Source: Octopus sinensis (taxonomy: Eukaryota). Taken from it: a stretch of 64,000 bases of DNA. Position 1 is the stretch's first letter, and the number at the start of each line of letters is the position of its first letter. The position numbers and the translations under genes are program-made. Positions 24,502 through 36,725 of the stretch are shown one piece after another. The notes beneath the pieces were generated by a model that saw only the letters and a program-made list of their open reading frames with translations, was not told the origin of the DNA and made no database searches. Location: contig NC_042998.1 of NCBI RefSeq assembly GCF_006345805.1, positions 166,160,001 through 166,224,000 of the forward strand, written 5' to 3'.

Positions 24502-24921
24502 CTTTTCTCTTTTTATTCTCTTTTACTTGTTTCAGTCATTTGACTGCGGCCATGCTGGAGCACCGCCTTTAGTCGAGCAAATCGACCCCAGGACTTATTC
24601 TTTTGAAGCCTAGTACTTATTCTATCGGTCTCTTTTGTCGAACCGCTATGTTACGGGGACGTAAACACACTACCATCGGTTGTCAAGCGATGTTGGGGGG
24701 ACAAACACAGACACACAAACACATACACACACATACACACACACACATTATATACATATATACCACGGGCTTCTTTCAGTTTCCGTCTACCAAATCCACT
24801 CACAAGGCTTTGGTCGGCCCGAGGCTATAGTAGAAGATACTTGCCCAAGGTGCCACGCAGTGGGAATGAACCCGAAACCATGTGACTGGTTAGCAAGCTA
24901 CTTACCATACAGCCACTCCTG
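24502..24921 (-). mobile_element. SINE family 1, full bipartite copy
   Basis: Tail and head modules joined by a (CA)/(TA) tract. A second head follows at ~24955-25120. Further copies at approximately 26525-26896(-), 32255-32640(+), 34072-34510(-), 48830-49270(+) and 55795-56225(+). Confidence 0.9.
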
Positions 24922-25386
24922 TATGTACACAGACATGACACACACACACACATATACGACGGGCTTTCCTCAGTTTCCGCCTACCAAATCCACCCACAAG
25001 GCTTTGGTCGGCCCGTGGCTATAGTAGAAGACACTTGCCCAAGGTGCCACGCAGTGGGAATAAACCCGGAACCATGTGGTAGGTAGGTAAGCAAGCTACT
25101 TACTACACAGTCACTCCTACTTGATTAAGTATGATTTTAAACTGGATCTGGTAGTGATTCTCTGGTTCAGGTGTTCAAGGATTTTGAGAAGTGTAGAACC
25201 ATCGTTTAGCAACTGTTGTTCTTAGGTCTACATTGAACCGGAGTAACAGCATCCGTCAAGGTGCCGGTTATGCATACAGATTGAGTATGCGAATAAACAG
25301 CCCCAACTGCACGACTGGCCCCTAGGCAAGCCTTAGCACCCGGTAACCACCAGCCAGGATACAATGAAATCATGGGATGTAGCATA

Positions 25387-25428
<42 letters not shown>

Positions 25429-26296
25429 CATCTTGCTCCAAATATTGGTTCAATTTCTTCCATTCTGAATATAAATAAATACTCTCTATCTATACAAAAG
25501 TTGATTCATTGTATCAAACTAATGATCGTTAAAAATATTAAAAGCTGCCATTTCTTAGAGTTAACACTCTTATATATGCCATACTTGAGAAGACCAGTCA
25601 AGCCAAGTGAAATTGTAGTCATGGCCGATGTCTCACTCTTGCCTTCATTCTTTCCCATTTTCTTTTTCTCACCCTCTCATTTCTGTTCTAGCCTTTCCAC
25701 TGTTTTCTTTTCTCACCATCTCACTTCTCTTCTCGCCTTTCTACTTTCTCCTTTTCTCTCGCCCCCTCTACCATTTATCCTTTCTCCTTTTTCTCCTTTC
25801 ATCCCTTCCCTTTTTCACTCTGTCGCGCTCTCTCCCTCTCTTTTGCTGTTTTTCTTCTCTGCCTACTGCTCTCACGGGACCCGCAGCCAGCTTTCTCCCT
25901 TTCACACACTGATCCCGTAGCCGACCAGTCGCAAATTCTCTGTCTCTCCGTTCTCTATCCTTTGGGATATCTTCTAAACGTTAACCATTATTCTTGTTTT
26001 CTTGGTCCTAATGCCGTATTCTGTTCGTCTGTTTGTCTTTGTCCACCGTCCTAAATCACACTCTGTGATGTTTTGCTTTGTTTTGTTTGCTTTCGGCCTC
26101 AATTCCTCACAAAAAAAAAAATTTTTACGGACACCGCCAATATGGGAAGACCTCAGTTTTATCATTAATGGTGCGAAATTGAGTATTACCAATAGGTTGA
26201 TAACTGATGAAGAATTAGGGACCTTCTGTGTTTGTCTCCCGTCCGGTTGTACACTCAGTATACGTTATGTCGTTTGTTTATTTACCATATATTTTC

Positions 26297-26350
<54 letters not shown>

Positions 26351-26405
26351 CTTTCTAGCTTTGACTCTGTCTGTCTCTCTGTCTGTCTCTGCCTCTCTCT
26401 GTCTC

Positions 26406-26481
<76 letters not shown>

Positions 26482-26484
26482 CAT

Positions 26485-26522
<38 letters not shown>

Positions 26523-26934
26523 TCTTTTATTCCTTTATTCGTTTCAGTCATTTGACTGCGATCATGCTAGAGCACCGCCTTTAGTCGAACAAATCGATCC
26601 CAGGACTTATTCTTTGTAAGCATAGTACTTATTCTATCGGTCACTTTTACCCGACCGCTAAGTTTCGGGGATGTAAACACATCAACATCGGTTGTCAAGC
26701 GACGGTGGGGGCACAGACGCACACACACACATATATACGACGGGCTTTCCTCAGTTTCCACCTATCAAATCCACCCACAAGGCTTTGGTCGGCTCGAGGC
26801 TATAGTAGAAGACACTTGCCCAAGGTGCCACGCAATGGGACTGAACCCGCAACCATGTGGTTGGTAAGCAAGCTACTTACTACACACCCACTCCTATTAT
26901 ATATATACATGTATGTATGTATGTATGTATATAT

Positions 26935-26974
<40 letters not shown>

Positions 26975-27007
26975 ACATATATATAACATATGTGTATATA
27001 TATATAT

Positions 27008-27094
<87 letters not shown>

Positions 27095-28629
27095 TGAAGA
27101 AAATCGAACACTCATACAGAAGGTGAGTGTGTGTTGTTAGTTCGTGGTTCAGCGGCGACTTTAGGCGTAAGATACATTCTCAATGGTGTTAAAACACCTG
27201 AAAGTAAGCGAGACAACTCTCATGAGATCCGTTTTCGGATCGACGGATATCGATTGTTTCATCATTGTTGTGACTTTTTAATGCCGCGTACCGAACATGG
27301 CCAACTGCAAGCTATATCGCCGAATATGATTAAATGTTAAATGATTCGAAAAACCATTTGCTGGAATGTCCCAACATTTCATGCCACAGAAAAATTCAAA
27401 TATGATTTTGAAGTAGCTCGCGGTATATAAACAAAATCGAACACACACACTGAAGGTGTGTGTTTGTTCGTGGGTCAGCGGCGTTTCTAGGCATGAGCAA
27501 ATGTTAAAACATATGAAAGTAAGTCGTAGGCAAGCGAGACAACTCACATGAGGTCCTTTCTCGGACCAAGAGACACTGACGTTTCGGCATTGTTGTGACT
27601 TTTCAATGCTGCGCACCGAACAAGGCCAACTGCAAGCTATATCGCCGAATATGACTACACACACACACACACACACACACATCCCTTCCTTTGTGTAGCT
27701 ATACACTTAAATCAGTGGATAAATACCAACGAACAGGATTTAATTCCTATCGAAACGCCTCTTAAAATGCAATAAGATTAATAAAACACCTCTGCACTGC
27801 AAGAAAACAAGGAAACAAAACCATAGTAATCATATTGAACAATTGAAGAGAATATTTGATATTCAGGGACTCGTTTATGTCAGCATTTCTTATGACAGAA
27901 AAAAAAAGGCGGCGTGCAGGCAGAATCGTTAGCACATCGGGGCAAAATGCATAGCCGTATTTCGTCCGATTTTACGTTGTGTTCAAATACTGCCGAGGTC
28001 GACTTTCATCCTTTCGGGGTCGATAAAATAAGTACCGCTGGAGTATCGGAGTCGATGTAATTGCTTTAGCTCCTCTCTTGAGATTGCTGGCCCTGTGCCA
28101 GAATTTCAGATCAATATTCCAAATTTCTCATGAATGATTCATAAGAGAGATTTGATCTTCAGAGAAAAATACGTAGACCAATGAAGCTATAGAAACATAA
28201 AGATTCAGAAAGAAATCCGAGAAGATATCTCAGACCATTCTTGATAATTATACTATTAGTATTACTTTGATATTATTTACACAGGAATATCTCCTCTTGA
28301 AATATTTGCCTGCTTATCAGAGAATATTTAAACTCAAGATATTTGAAAAACTGTTAAACTCTAACCGATAAGGTAATGTGAGATCGTTAGTTTTCTAGAG
28401 TGCTTTCACTGAAAATCATGACTACCAACTTGATTACATTTCAAAATGTCAAGCATCTCTATAAAATAAACCTAATTATGCTTAATTATCCTATCATTTT
28501 CTTTCCTCTTATGTACGTTTGTACAAAGAGGATATGTTGATTAGAAATCATTTTTGACAACCCTCAAAACAACAGACTATCCTATTCGACAAGCTGCACC
28601 TGACAACCCTAAACGTGGAAGATATTTAC

Positions 28630-28677
<48 letters not shown>

Positions 28678-28688
28678 CACACACACAC

Positions 28689-28724
<36 letters not shown>

Positions 28725-28854
28725 CACATGAATATCTATATGTATGTACATATGCATGTATACACACACATATACTTATACATACATACATACATAAATA
28801 CATACATACATACATACATACGTACATACATACATACATACATACATACATACA

Positions 28855-28913
<59 letters not shown>

Positions 28914-29110
28914 GAACAGTGTGTAGATGAACACACAGTAAGAGTGGTAGAGATAATACAAAGCAGCGCTCAAATAGTTGAGAACTTAAACTCCAATCTC
29001 TTCATCCAGGCCTAATACCTCGACATTAAAAGTTAGGTATAAGAACAATCCTTCTCTCTCCTTTTCCCACTCTCTCTCACTCTTTCTCTTTCTCACTCAC
29101 TCACTTTCTT

Positions 29111-29187
<77 letters not shown>

Positions 29188-29780
29188 ATAATATATATAT
29201 TATATATATATATGGTAAGAGATCTGATCGATGAAATTATTTCGTGAGGAGTACAGAAACCATAAAAAAACTCGGTGTACACTACAATTATACCATGTCT
29301 CATCAATAAGTGTCAGGACTGTTGCCATAGTAACGAAGCTAAAGCACGCTGAGTAAAGCCACTCGGCACAGATTGACCTTGAACTCTGCTGTGCATGCAC
29401 ACTAAGTTTTAACGTTCTAGCTCACTTTCACTATTTACAGCATTGCTTGGAAAGGTGTGTAGTGTATGATCGTCGTATTGACCATGAGAAAGTTGTCATG
29501 GCGATACCTGCTCAGAGGCCTACACAAAGTTGCAGAAAATGTATAGAGAGGAGTGTATGAGATGCAGATACCCGGCGGAATTTGAACCCAGAACGTGGTG
29601 ACGGACGAAATACTGCTCAGCATTTTGCCTGGCGTCCTAACAATTCTGCTAGTTCGAATAATAACAATTTGTTTCAACACACGAGTTCACATAAAAATGT
29701 TGCAAACCAAACACAAAAGCGAAATACATTATTTTATTTGCCACAAATAAATTACTGTATAACTCACTCTCTCACACGCA

Positions 29781-29885
29781 AGAAGAGTGGTGACAAGGAC
29801 TTCGAAGTTTCGGTTTGGTAGCATTCATCGGATTGTAATGGAGGTTAGCAGGGCAAAACTTCGAAGTCCCTGTCACCACTCTTCT
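29781..29885. repeat. 105-bp inverted repeat (30-bp arms)
   Basis: Arms at 29781-29810 and 29856-29885 match at 29/30, with a 45-nt spacer. Confidence 0.9.
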
Positions 29886-29984
29886 CGTAAAAGTATAATA
29901 AATAATCTACAAAAAGTATTGAGCTGTATAGAAGCTCTTCGAATATATTGCTATGTAGGTTTTCTTTTTTAGCAGCAACAAAAA

Positions 29985-29991
29985 CTACTAT

Positions 29992-30040
<49 letters not shown>

Positions 30041-30059
30041 GCTACTACTGCTACTACTG

Positions 30060-30126
<67 letters not shown>

Positions 30127-30132
30127 TACTAC
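29985..30132. repeat. (ACT)n microsatellite
   Basis: CTA/ACT array with a few GCT interruptions. Confidence 0.97.
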
Positions 30133-30939
30133 TCAAACCCATATACAAAGCTGACAGTGGTTTTGAGGTTTAAGCGTGCTCGCTTGCCCGGGAAAACGTG
30201 AAATATTCTTTATTGGTACAATGGGTTTTGAAGCATAAATAAAGGGTAAAAAGAGGCCCTTCGGTCATGGATGACCATGGCATTGCACCTAGAAATTTCC
30301 TCTCCAAAGCTCGAGTTCGAGCATGGTTGTCCGGGAGGACCAGTAGTCTGCCAAGATTTCAAAAATTTAAGTTTACTGAAAATTTAAAAATTTGGTGAAT
30401 TAATGTAGTTTTCCAAGCTGAATTACTGGCGATTTATTTTATTTTTTATTTTTATCTAGTTTCAGCTCACGAGCTGTGGCCATGCTGGGGCATCGCCATT
30501 TCTCACTTTTACCAGAAAATTTTTCAAAAGACTTATAAAGGTTTAAAGTTTGATCATTTTCAACCAGCCAAGAAATAGGATTTGGAAACTGTCATTTTCT
30601 GCGTGATTGCACATTTTGTCAACATCCTGAAAATAACCTGTGTGTTTTTATATGAAACCGTAAACTAGTGAACTACGCACGACATGTAACCCCTCATAAC
30701 TTTTTTATTTTTTGGAATTTTCAGAAAATTTTTGTTAATTTGTATTCTACACGCGGGAATTCATACGATTATGCAAAACAAAATTGTGGGGGTGCGTGAT
30801 TTCAAGCCTATTTAGCTGTTATTTTTTAGCACACCTCACAACCACCTCAATGATAACCCCCTCCAAAAAAACCCAGATCAAACAACACTATTTTGTAGTC
30901 TTAAGCATTCAGTTTGCATTAAATGCGATAAACAGCACG

Positions 30940-31520
30940 TTACAAATGAAATATTTCTCAAAATAATAAACTTATAGCACAAACTTATATATGCATTCTT
31001 CCAGTGTGTCACGGTTCCAACATGGCACCGCGTAAAGAAAAACCTGTCCGGTCTCGCGATACACTCCGATAACCCACTGCTCAGGTAGGACCCATCCTCG
31101 GTTGTACTTATGTCTTGAGAAGACCGTTTCGTCGATATCAAGAATCTTCCCAGTACCACCAACCTTAAATGGATGACGGAGCAGGTCCTCCGTACACACT
31201 TCCCTAACATAGCTGTTATAATCAATATCTGTGCAATGGCTCATCCCTAGTTCTTCAACACAAAACCGGACTGAAATCAATTCCTTAACCCATGAGTAAT
31301 AGAAAAGCACTACAGTCATAAGAGGAAGGGTGTCTTTCCTCACTGATACAGACTCTATCCATCCTTAGTGTGAGCATTGCCAATACATATTCTCACCAAG
31401 TTTTCTTGTACCCATAAAATACATCTTCGTTTTGCATAATTTTCTTTTGGATATAACACCCTTTTCTTACAAGTACGAAACCGCATTCTCCTCTGGTGCG
31501 TGATTTAAAACATGTTTGGC
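30940..31520 (-). mobile_element. Merlin (IS1016/IS1595-like) transposase remnant
   Basis: VGGTGKILDIDETVFSRHKYNRG...QWVIG...ETGQVFLYAVP..NRDTL matches the Merlin GG.G..VEIDE..F.KRKY.RG...WV.G pattern. The upstream frame gives a Cys-containing N-terminus ending VSVRKDT. TIRs not located. Confidence 0.8.
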
Positions 31521-32412
31521 CGCTATTTTTAGCACATATGACTACCATCTTAATGACTGGAATATATTTGTCAACACGTGCTTTCTTGCAGCAAAAGAGT
31601 TCTCATGTTTGGCTTGTTACTCTGGAAGTAGGTATGAATGTGTCTGTGGCTTACGATTGGCTAAAATTACCCAAAATTTAATAGCTAATAACTCTTTATT
31701 TAGTAATTTATGGAGAAAATGATTTTCATGACATTGATTAGTATATAAAAGTATATCGTTATACTGAATATGAAATCAATTGGAACAGAAATTGAAGAGA
31801 TTGAAAGTTGGCAGCCAAACAGAAAATATCCCACCAGCCTCCCTTCTCAATGTCACCAATGATATCCAAGGGAAAGGCAAAGGCCGATAGAGCTTGGCAC
31901 CAGTGACGTCGCAACTCATTTCTACAGCTAAGTGAACCGGAGCAACGTGAAATAAAGTGTTTCGCTGAAGAACACAACACACACCTCAGTCGAGAATCGA
32001 ACTCACTACCTCATGATTTGTGAGCCTGATGCTCTAACCACTGATCCCTTCACCTTCACAAGCATAAATAAAGCTATGAATAACGCCATATAAATATTGG
32101 ATTGGAAACCCCTTTTTGGATTGAAACAGTTAAAGTTTGCCTGTGGGGTACGAATCCACATTCTCTGTAGATATGACATTCATTCTACCATTGGGACAAA
32201 GCAAGCCTTCGAATTTCTCTATTCAGCTTAGAAACTTCATTCGCACCAGCGAGGTATGGAGGCTCGTCGTATATATGGCTGTGTTGAAGCTCGCTTTACA
32301 ACCACGTGGTTTCGCATTCAGTCATATTGCACGGAACCTACTAGTATAGCACTGGGTGGACCAAAGTCTTGTGAGTAGGTTTGTTAGACAGAAACTGTGT
32401 GGAAGCCCGTCG

Positions 32413-32471
<59 letters not shown>

Positions 32472-33171
32472 ATTATGAGTGTGTGTGTGTGTGTGATTAT
32501 GAGTGTGTGTATCCGTGCGTGCATGTGCGTGTGTCTGTGGCCTCCACCATCACTTAATAACTGGTGTTGGTCTTTTTTTATATTTTCCCGTAACTTAGCA
32601 GTTCGGTAAAAAGAAATCGATAGAATAAGTACCAGACTTTTCCCCTGAGAACTACGTAAGGATACACGAGTTTGGGGAGTGCTCGCCACTTGCACGAGCA
32701 GGCTGTTCCGCTGATTGGATCAACTGGAACACTCGTCGTCGAGTTTGAAAATGAATGAATATTCATGGGCATGTTCACCCTTAACATAATTCTCAAGTGA
32801 AATCAGCGTATGGATGTATGTGTGTAGGTAAATATATATATGTATAAATCGGAAGTCATGAAACCAGAGACAAGCGAAAAGTCGTGCAAAAGACGATTGT
32901 TTCCATTTGTTTAGGGTCTCGTGAGCCACACATAATTTTTGTTGAAGCCGTAGTATTTTGAAAAGTCATTAATTAAGATAATGACATGGTTTCTTTTCAT
33001 ATTTGACTCTGAGTGGATAAATGCGGCACGTTTCAAATTGATTAATTCTATTCGACATCAAACAAAGTACTGCATATACACTCGTGCTGATATGTCGTTG
33101 TGGTTGATGAAATGTTATTAAACAGTGCATTTACCGTATATCACCAGGGCGTTTTCCTTGAGGAAAAAGAA

Positions 33172-33552
33172 AAACAAGAGCACTCAGAGAGTGCAAACCT
33201 CCACCAAGGCAACACCAACGTCCTCTCAACGATTGGCCGGAGATGATTTTTAAAATGAGAATATCTGAAATAAACTTGACTGCTCTCACAAACGAGAATA
33301 CTAAAAATGAACCCGATCGCTCTCAAAAATTAAGTAAAAGAAAGAAAACGGAAAAATAGTCCAGAATCCTTGTCCGGTACCAGATCGATCCCAAAATCTA
33401 ATCGGTTCGTGCCAGCCACGAGGCCAAATATCCCTGAAAGTTTCATTGAAATCCATCCAGTGGTTCTTGAGATATCTTGTCCACGGTCAAACAACCAAAC
33501 AAACACGACTGAACAACAGTACATCTGCCTTCGCCAAGGCGGAGGTAATAAG
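33172..33552 (+). mobile_element. HINE/DINE-1-like Helentron-associated non-autonomous element
   Basis: 5' AACAAGAGCACTCAGAGAGTGCAAACCTCCACCAAGG (small hairpin plus subterminal repeat), a (CAAA)-type repeat, and a 3' hairpin TCTGCCTT-CGCC-AAGGCGGAGGT inverse to the 5' ACCTCC.CC motif. Confidence 0.65.
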
Positions 33553-34781
33553 CTAAAAATAAAGATATAGAGGAGAAATTTTCGTCGTTGACTCAATGAT
33601 AATTTAAGTAAACAGTAGTGTATTAATTTATAAATTTCGGTGAGAAGAAACAAAATTTTAATCGTGGTGGGGTGGGGTCTCGGCTGCAGAAATGTAAAAC
33701 TGTAAATTCTAAAATCGTATGGTACAGCTGTCTACTTTTTGTTTTAATATCACAGACCTGAAGTCGGATAACTAAAGCTATCGGCACGGGTATTTCTCAA
33801 AAAGTGCTTAGCAACGGTGCTAAACGTATAAGCTATCAAGATAAATATCTTTGTGTAATAGAGTAATCAAGATTTGTTAGGCAACCAGCAAGAGGAGAGA
33901 CTTATGATAATCTTGTAATTGGAGGTGGGAGCCTATAATTTAATCAAGTGTTTGGAGATATGTGTGCAGGAAATTAGCTTTAAAATGTTAAAAGGATTAT
34001 CCTTTCTCTGCTATAAATTTTAAACTCTTTCAACTTCTGCTGCTGTCGTGGCTACTACTACTACTCTGTTTCTATCGTTTACTTGTTTCAGTAACTGGAC
34101 TGCAGCCATACTGGGGCACAACCTTGAAAGGTATTATTCGAATAAATCGACCCCCAGTACTTTATATTTTAAAAACAAATCTGGTACTTATTCCATCGGT
34201 ATCTTTTGCTGAACTGCTAAGTTATGGGGACGTAAAGAAACCAACATCAGTTGTCAAGTGGTGGTGGAGGACAGAGACATACTCTCAAAGACATACACAC
34301 AGACACACATATGCACACACACATATTCACTCACAAACACACATACACATACATATATAAAGGGATTCCTTCAGTTTCCATCTACGAAATCCACTGACAA
34401 GACTGGTTGACCGGGGCAATAGTAGAAAAAAACTTGTCCAAGCTGTCATAGTGGGGCTGAACCTGGAACCATCTGATTTGGAAACAAACTTCTTACTCTC
34501 CAGCCGTATTTGTGTCAATATACTGATACATACATACATACATACATACATACATACATACATACATACATACATACATACATACATACATACATAGTAT
34601 TATGCACAATCTCTTAATATTCTTTAGCATAGAGTTCTGAAATCTGTTATCGTTAGGAAAAATCTGGGCAGTGAAGGGATTTAGAATATGACTTGAGTCT
34701 CTTCTGTCGCAGAGTAAACTCCCCTGGGGCACCTAAGGAAAATATAATGGTGACCGGCTTGGTAGCGTGTTAAACATACTA

Positions 34782-34844
<63 letters not shown>

Positions 34845-35023
34845 ATATATATATAACATAAGGGACTAAAGCCATCTGAATATGGCTAGGGACAGGGCAG
34901 GGTGGGGGGTGTTACTGTTGCATTTAGCCCCAGGCGAACATCAACGTCGCCAGATAGGCTTGACACCATCACGGTGTCCTTTATCCTGCAAAGGGAGATA
35001 ATTCCCCGATGAAGCGGAAACCA

Positions 35024-35069
35024 CACACGGACCTAGGTTTCAAGGTATATTGCCTATCATCAACGTGTG
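35024..35069 (-). ncRNA. Type I hammerhead-like motif (inverted copy)
   Basis: Reverse complement of the motif at 35209-35254. Confidence 0.6.
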
Positions 35070-35208
35070 GTAGGCCCCCGCTTCCTCGACGAACAACCCA
35101 CTCTGCAGGATATTTATATATAGATTTTCAAGCAAAATACATTTGCTTGAAAATCTATATATAAATATCCTGCAGAGTGGGTTGTTCGTCGAGGAAGCGG
35201 GGGCCTAC

Positions 35209-35254
35209 CACACGTTGATGATAGGCAATATACCTTGAAACCTAGGTCCGTGTG
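35209..35254 (+). ncRNA. Type I hammerhead-like motif
   Basis: CACACG-TTGATGA-T-AGG-CAATATA-CCT-T-GAAAC-CTAG-GTC-CGTGTG: 6-bp stem I, core TTGATGA (U at position 3), palindromic stem III ACCTAGGT, GUC cleavage triplet. Confidence 0.65.
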
Positions 35255-35570
35255 TGGTTTCCGCTTCATCGGGGAATTATCTCCCTTTGCAGGATAAAGG
35301 ACACCGTGATGGTGTCAAGCCTATCTGGCGACGTTGATGTTCGCCTGGGGCTAAATGCAACAGTAACACCCCCACCACCCTGCCATGTCCCTAGCCATAT
35401 TCAGATGGCTTTAGTCCCTTATGTTATGGAGCAGTTACTGTCTATATCTCGTTTAGAGAATTATTATTGCTGTCGAACAGATTTTCGAAATCAGCAAATG
35501 TATTTTGCTTGAAAATCTATATATAAATATCCTGCAGAGTGGGTTGTTCGTCGAGGAAGCGGGGGCCTAC

Positions 35571-35616
35571 CACACGTTGATGATAGGCAATACACCTTGA
35601 AACCTAGGTCCGTGTG
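35571..35616 (+). ncRNA. Type I hammerhead-like motif (second tandem copy)
   Basis: Same motif 362 nt downstream; only the stem II loop differs (CAATACA). Confidence 0.65.
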
Positions 35617-35831
35617 TGGTTTCCGCTTCATCGGGGAATTATCTCCCTTTGCAGGATAAAGGACACCGTGATGGTGTCAAACCTATCTGGCGACGTTGAT
35701 GTTCGCCTGGGGCTAAATGCAACAGTAACACCCCCACCACCCTGCCCTGTCCCTAGCCATATTCAGATGGCTTTAGTCCCTTATGTTATGGAGCAGTTAC
35801 TGTCTATATCTCATTTAGAGAATTATTATTG

Positions 35832-35869
<38 letters not shown>

Positions 35870-35884
35870 ATAATCTAATTTGTA

Positions 35885-36011
35885 ATCCCCGAAGAGGCCT
35901 TAAGATGTTTTTGTAAATGTCTCATTTATAACTACATATTGACCTACCATAAATGGCTAATATGAGTTGAATGAGACATGCTTATCTACATGGCCGAAAC
36001 AGCTGTAAGAT
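35885..36011 (+). ncRNA. Hammerhead-like motif with long stem II, partly degenerate
   Basis: ATCC-CCGAAGA-GGCC...GGCC-GAAAC-AGCT-GTA-AGAT. Stem II encloses a perfect ATGTCTCATT/AATGAGACAT helix. The closing pair of stem I is a C-A mismatch. Confidence 0.5.
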
Positions 36012-36420
36012 ATAGTCTATATTTATATTTATGTGTACTTATATTTATGTTCTATTATACGTATTCTACTTATTGTATAACATTACTATTTTATGTACAC
36101 TCCTTCATGTACACTGCTTTACCCTGCATTATTATGTTTAACCTTATAGTTTCTTATGTAGTGGTTTAATAAAGTATGTGATTGAGTATTATCTGGTAAT
36201 TGATATTTGATTTCGATGTATTTCTCCATTTTCTTATTTTGTATTATGAATTTGTGGTAAAACATTTTACCTTTGCCCGTATAATACAATTAATGAATTA
36301 ATTGTATCGCAATTCTTAACATCTATGTATTAAATTTGTTGGGTACCTCACTAGCAGTATATTGGATATATGGTATCCCATGGTGGGTTGCATTTACAAC
36401 CCCTATCTCAATTTGTATAT

Positions 36421-36455
<35 letters not shown>

Positions 36456-36583
36456 CATATGTACCTAAGGAATACCCGATCTAACTGGATTTAATTGGAT
36501 TTCTCTTCCCTTTCGACATAATGAACCACAACAACTATCATTGATGAGGAACTTACTTCCACTGTTACATATATTTGACCTAT

Positions 36584-36675
36584 ATCTCTCCGACGATGGA
36601 ATACTCAGCATATGGAATCTTCGCTCGACACAAGATTCCAATAGCTGGGATATCCTAGAAACAGCTGTCAGAGAT
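36584..36675 (+). ncRNA. Hammerhead-like motif with long stem II
   Basis: ATCTCT-CCGACGA-[61 nt incl. CTCAGC/GCTGGG and TGGAATCTT/AAGATTCCA helices]-GAAAC-AGCT-GTC-AGAGAT. Perfect 6-bp stem I; palindromic stem III ACAGCTGT. Confidence 0.6.
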
Positions 36676-36725
36676 TATCTAAATGCTTTTATTATATAAC
36701 TAAATTAAATGTCCTTTTAATTGAA

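Larger units (their letters stand above)
34853..35427. repeat. Near-perfect palindrome, arms 284/286 bp, 5-nt spacer
   Basis: 34853-35136 is the reverse complement of 35142-35427. I found one substitution and one 2-nt indel. Spacer ATACA at 35137-35141. Confidence 0.97.
35142..35833 (+). repeat. Tandem direct repeat, period 362 bp
   Basis: 35142-35471 recurs at 35504-35833 with four substitutions found by eye. (TA)n follows. Confidence 0.97.

Noticed and set aside
27575-27620. Minus-strand hairpin followed by CGAAACGTC
   Set aside because: No CUGANGA upstream and no stem I partner.
35005-35095. Plus-strand CCGATGA-AGCGG...CCGCT in the left palindrome arm
   Set aside because: No GAAA after the helix; it is the complement of the long hairpin enclosing the real motif.
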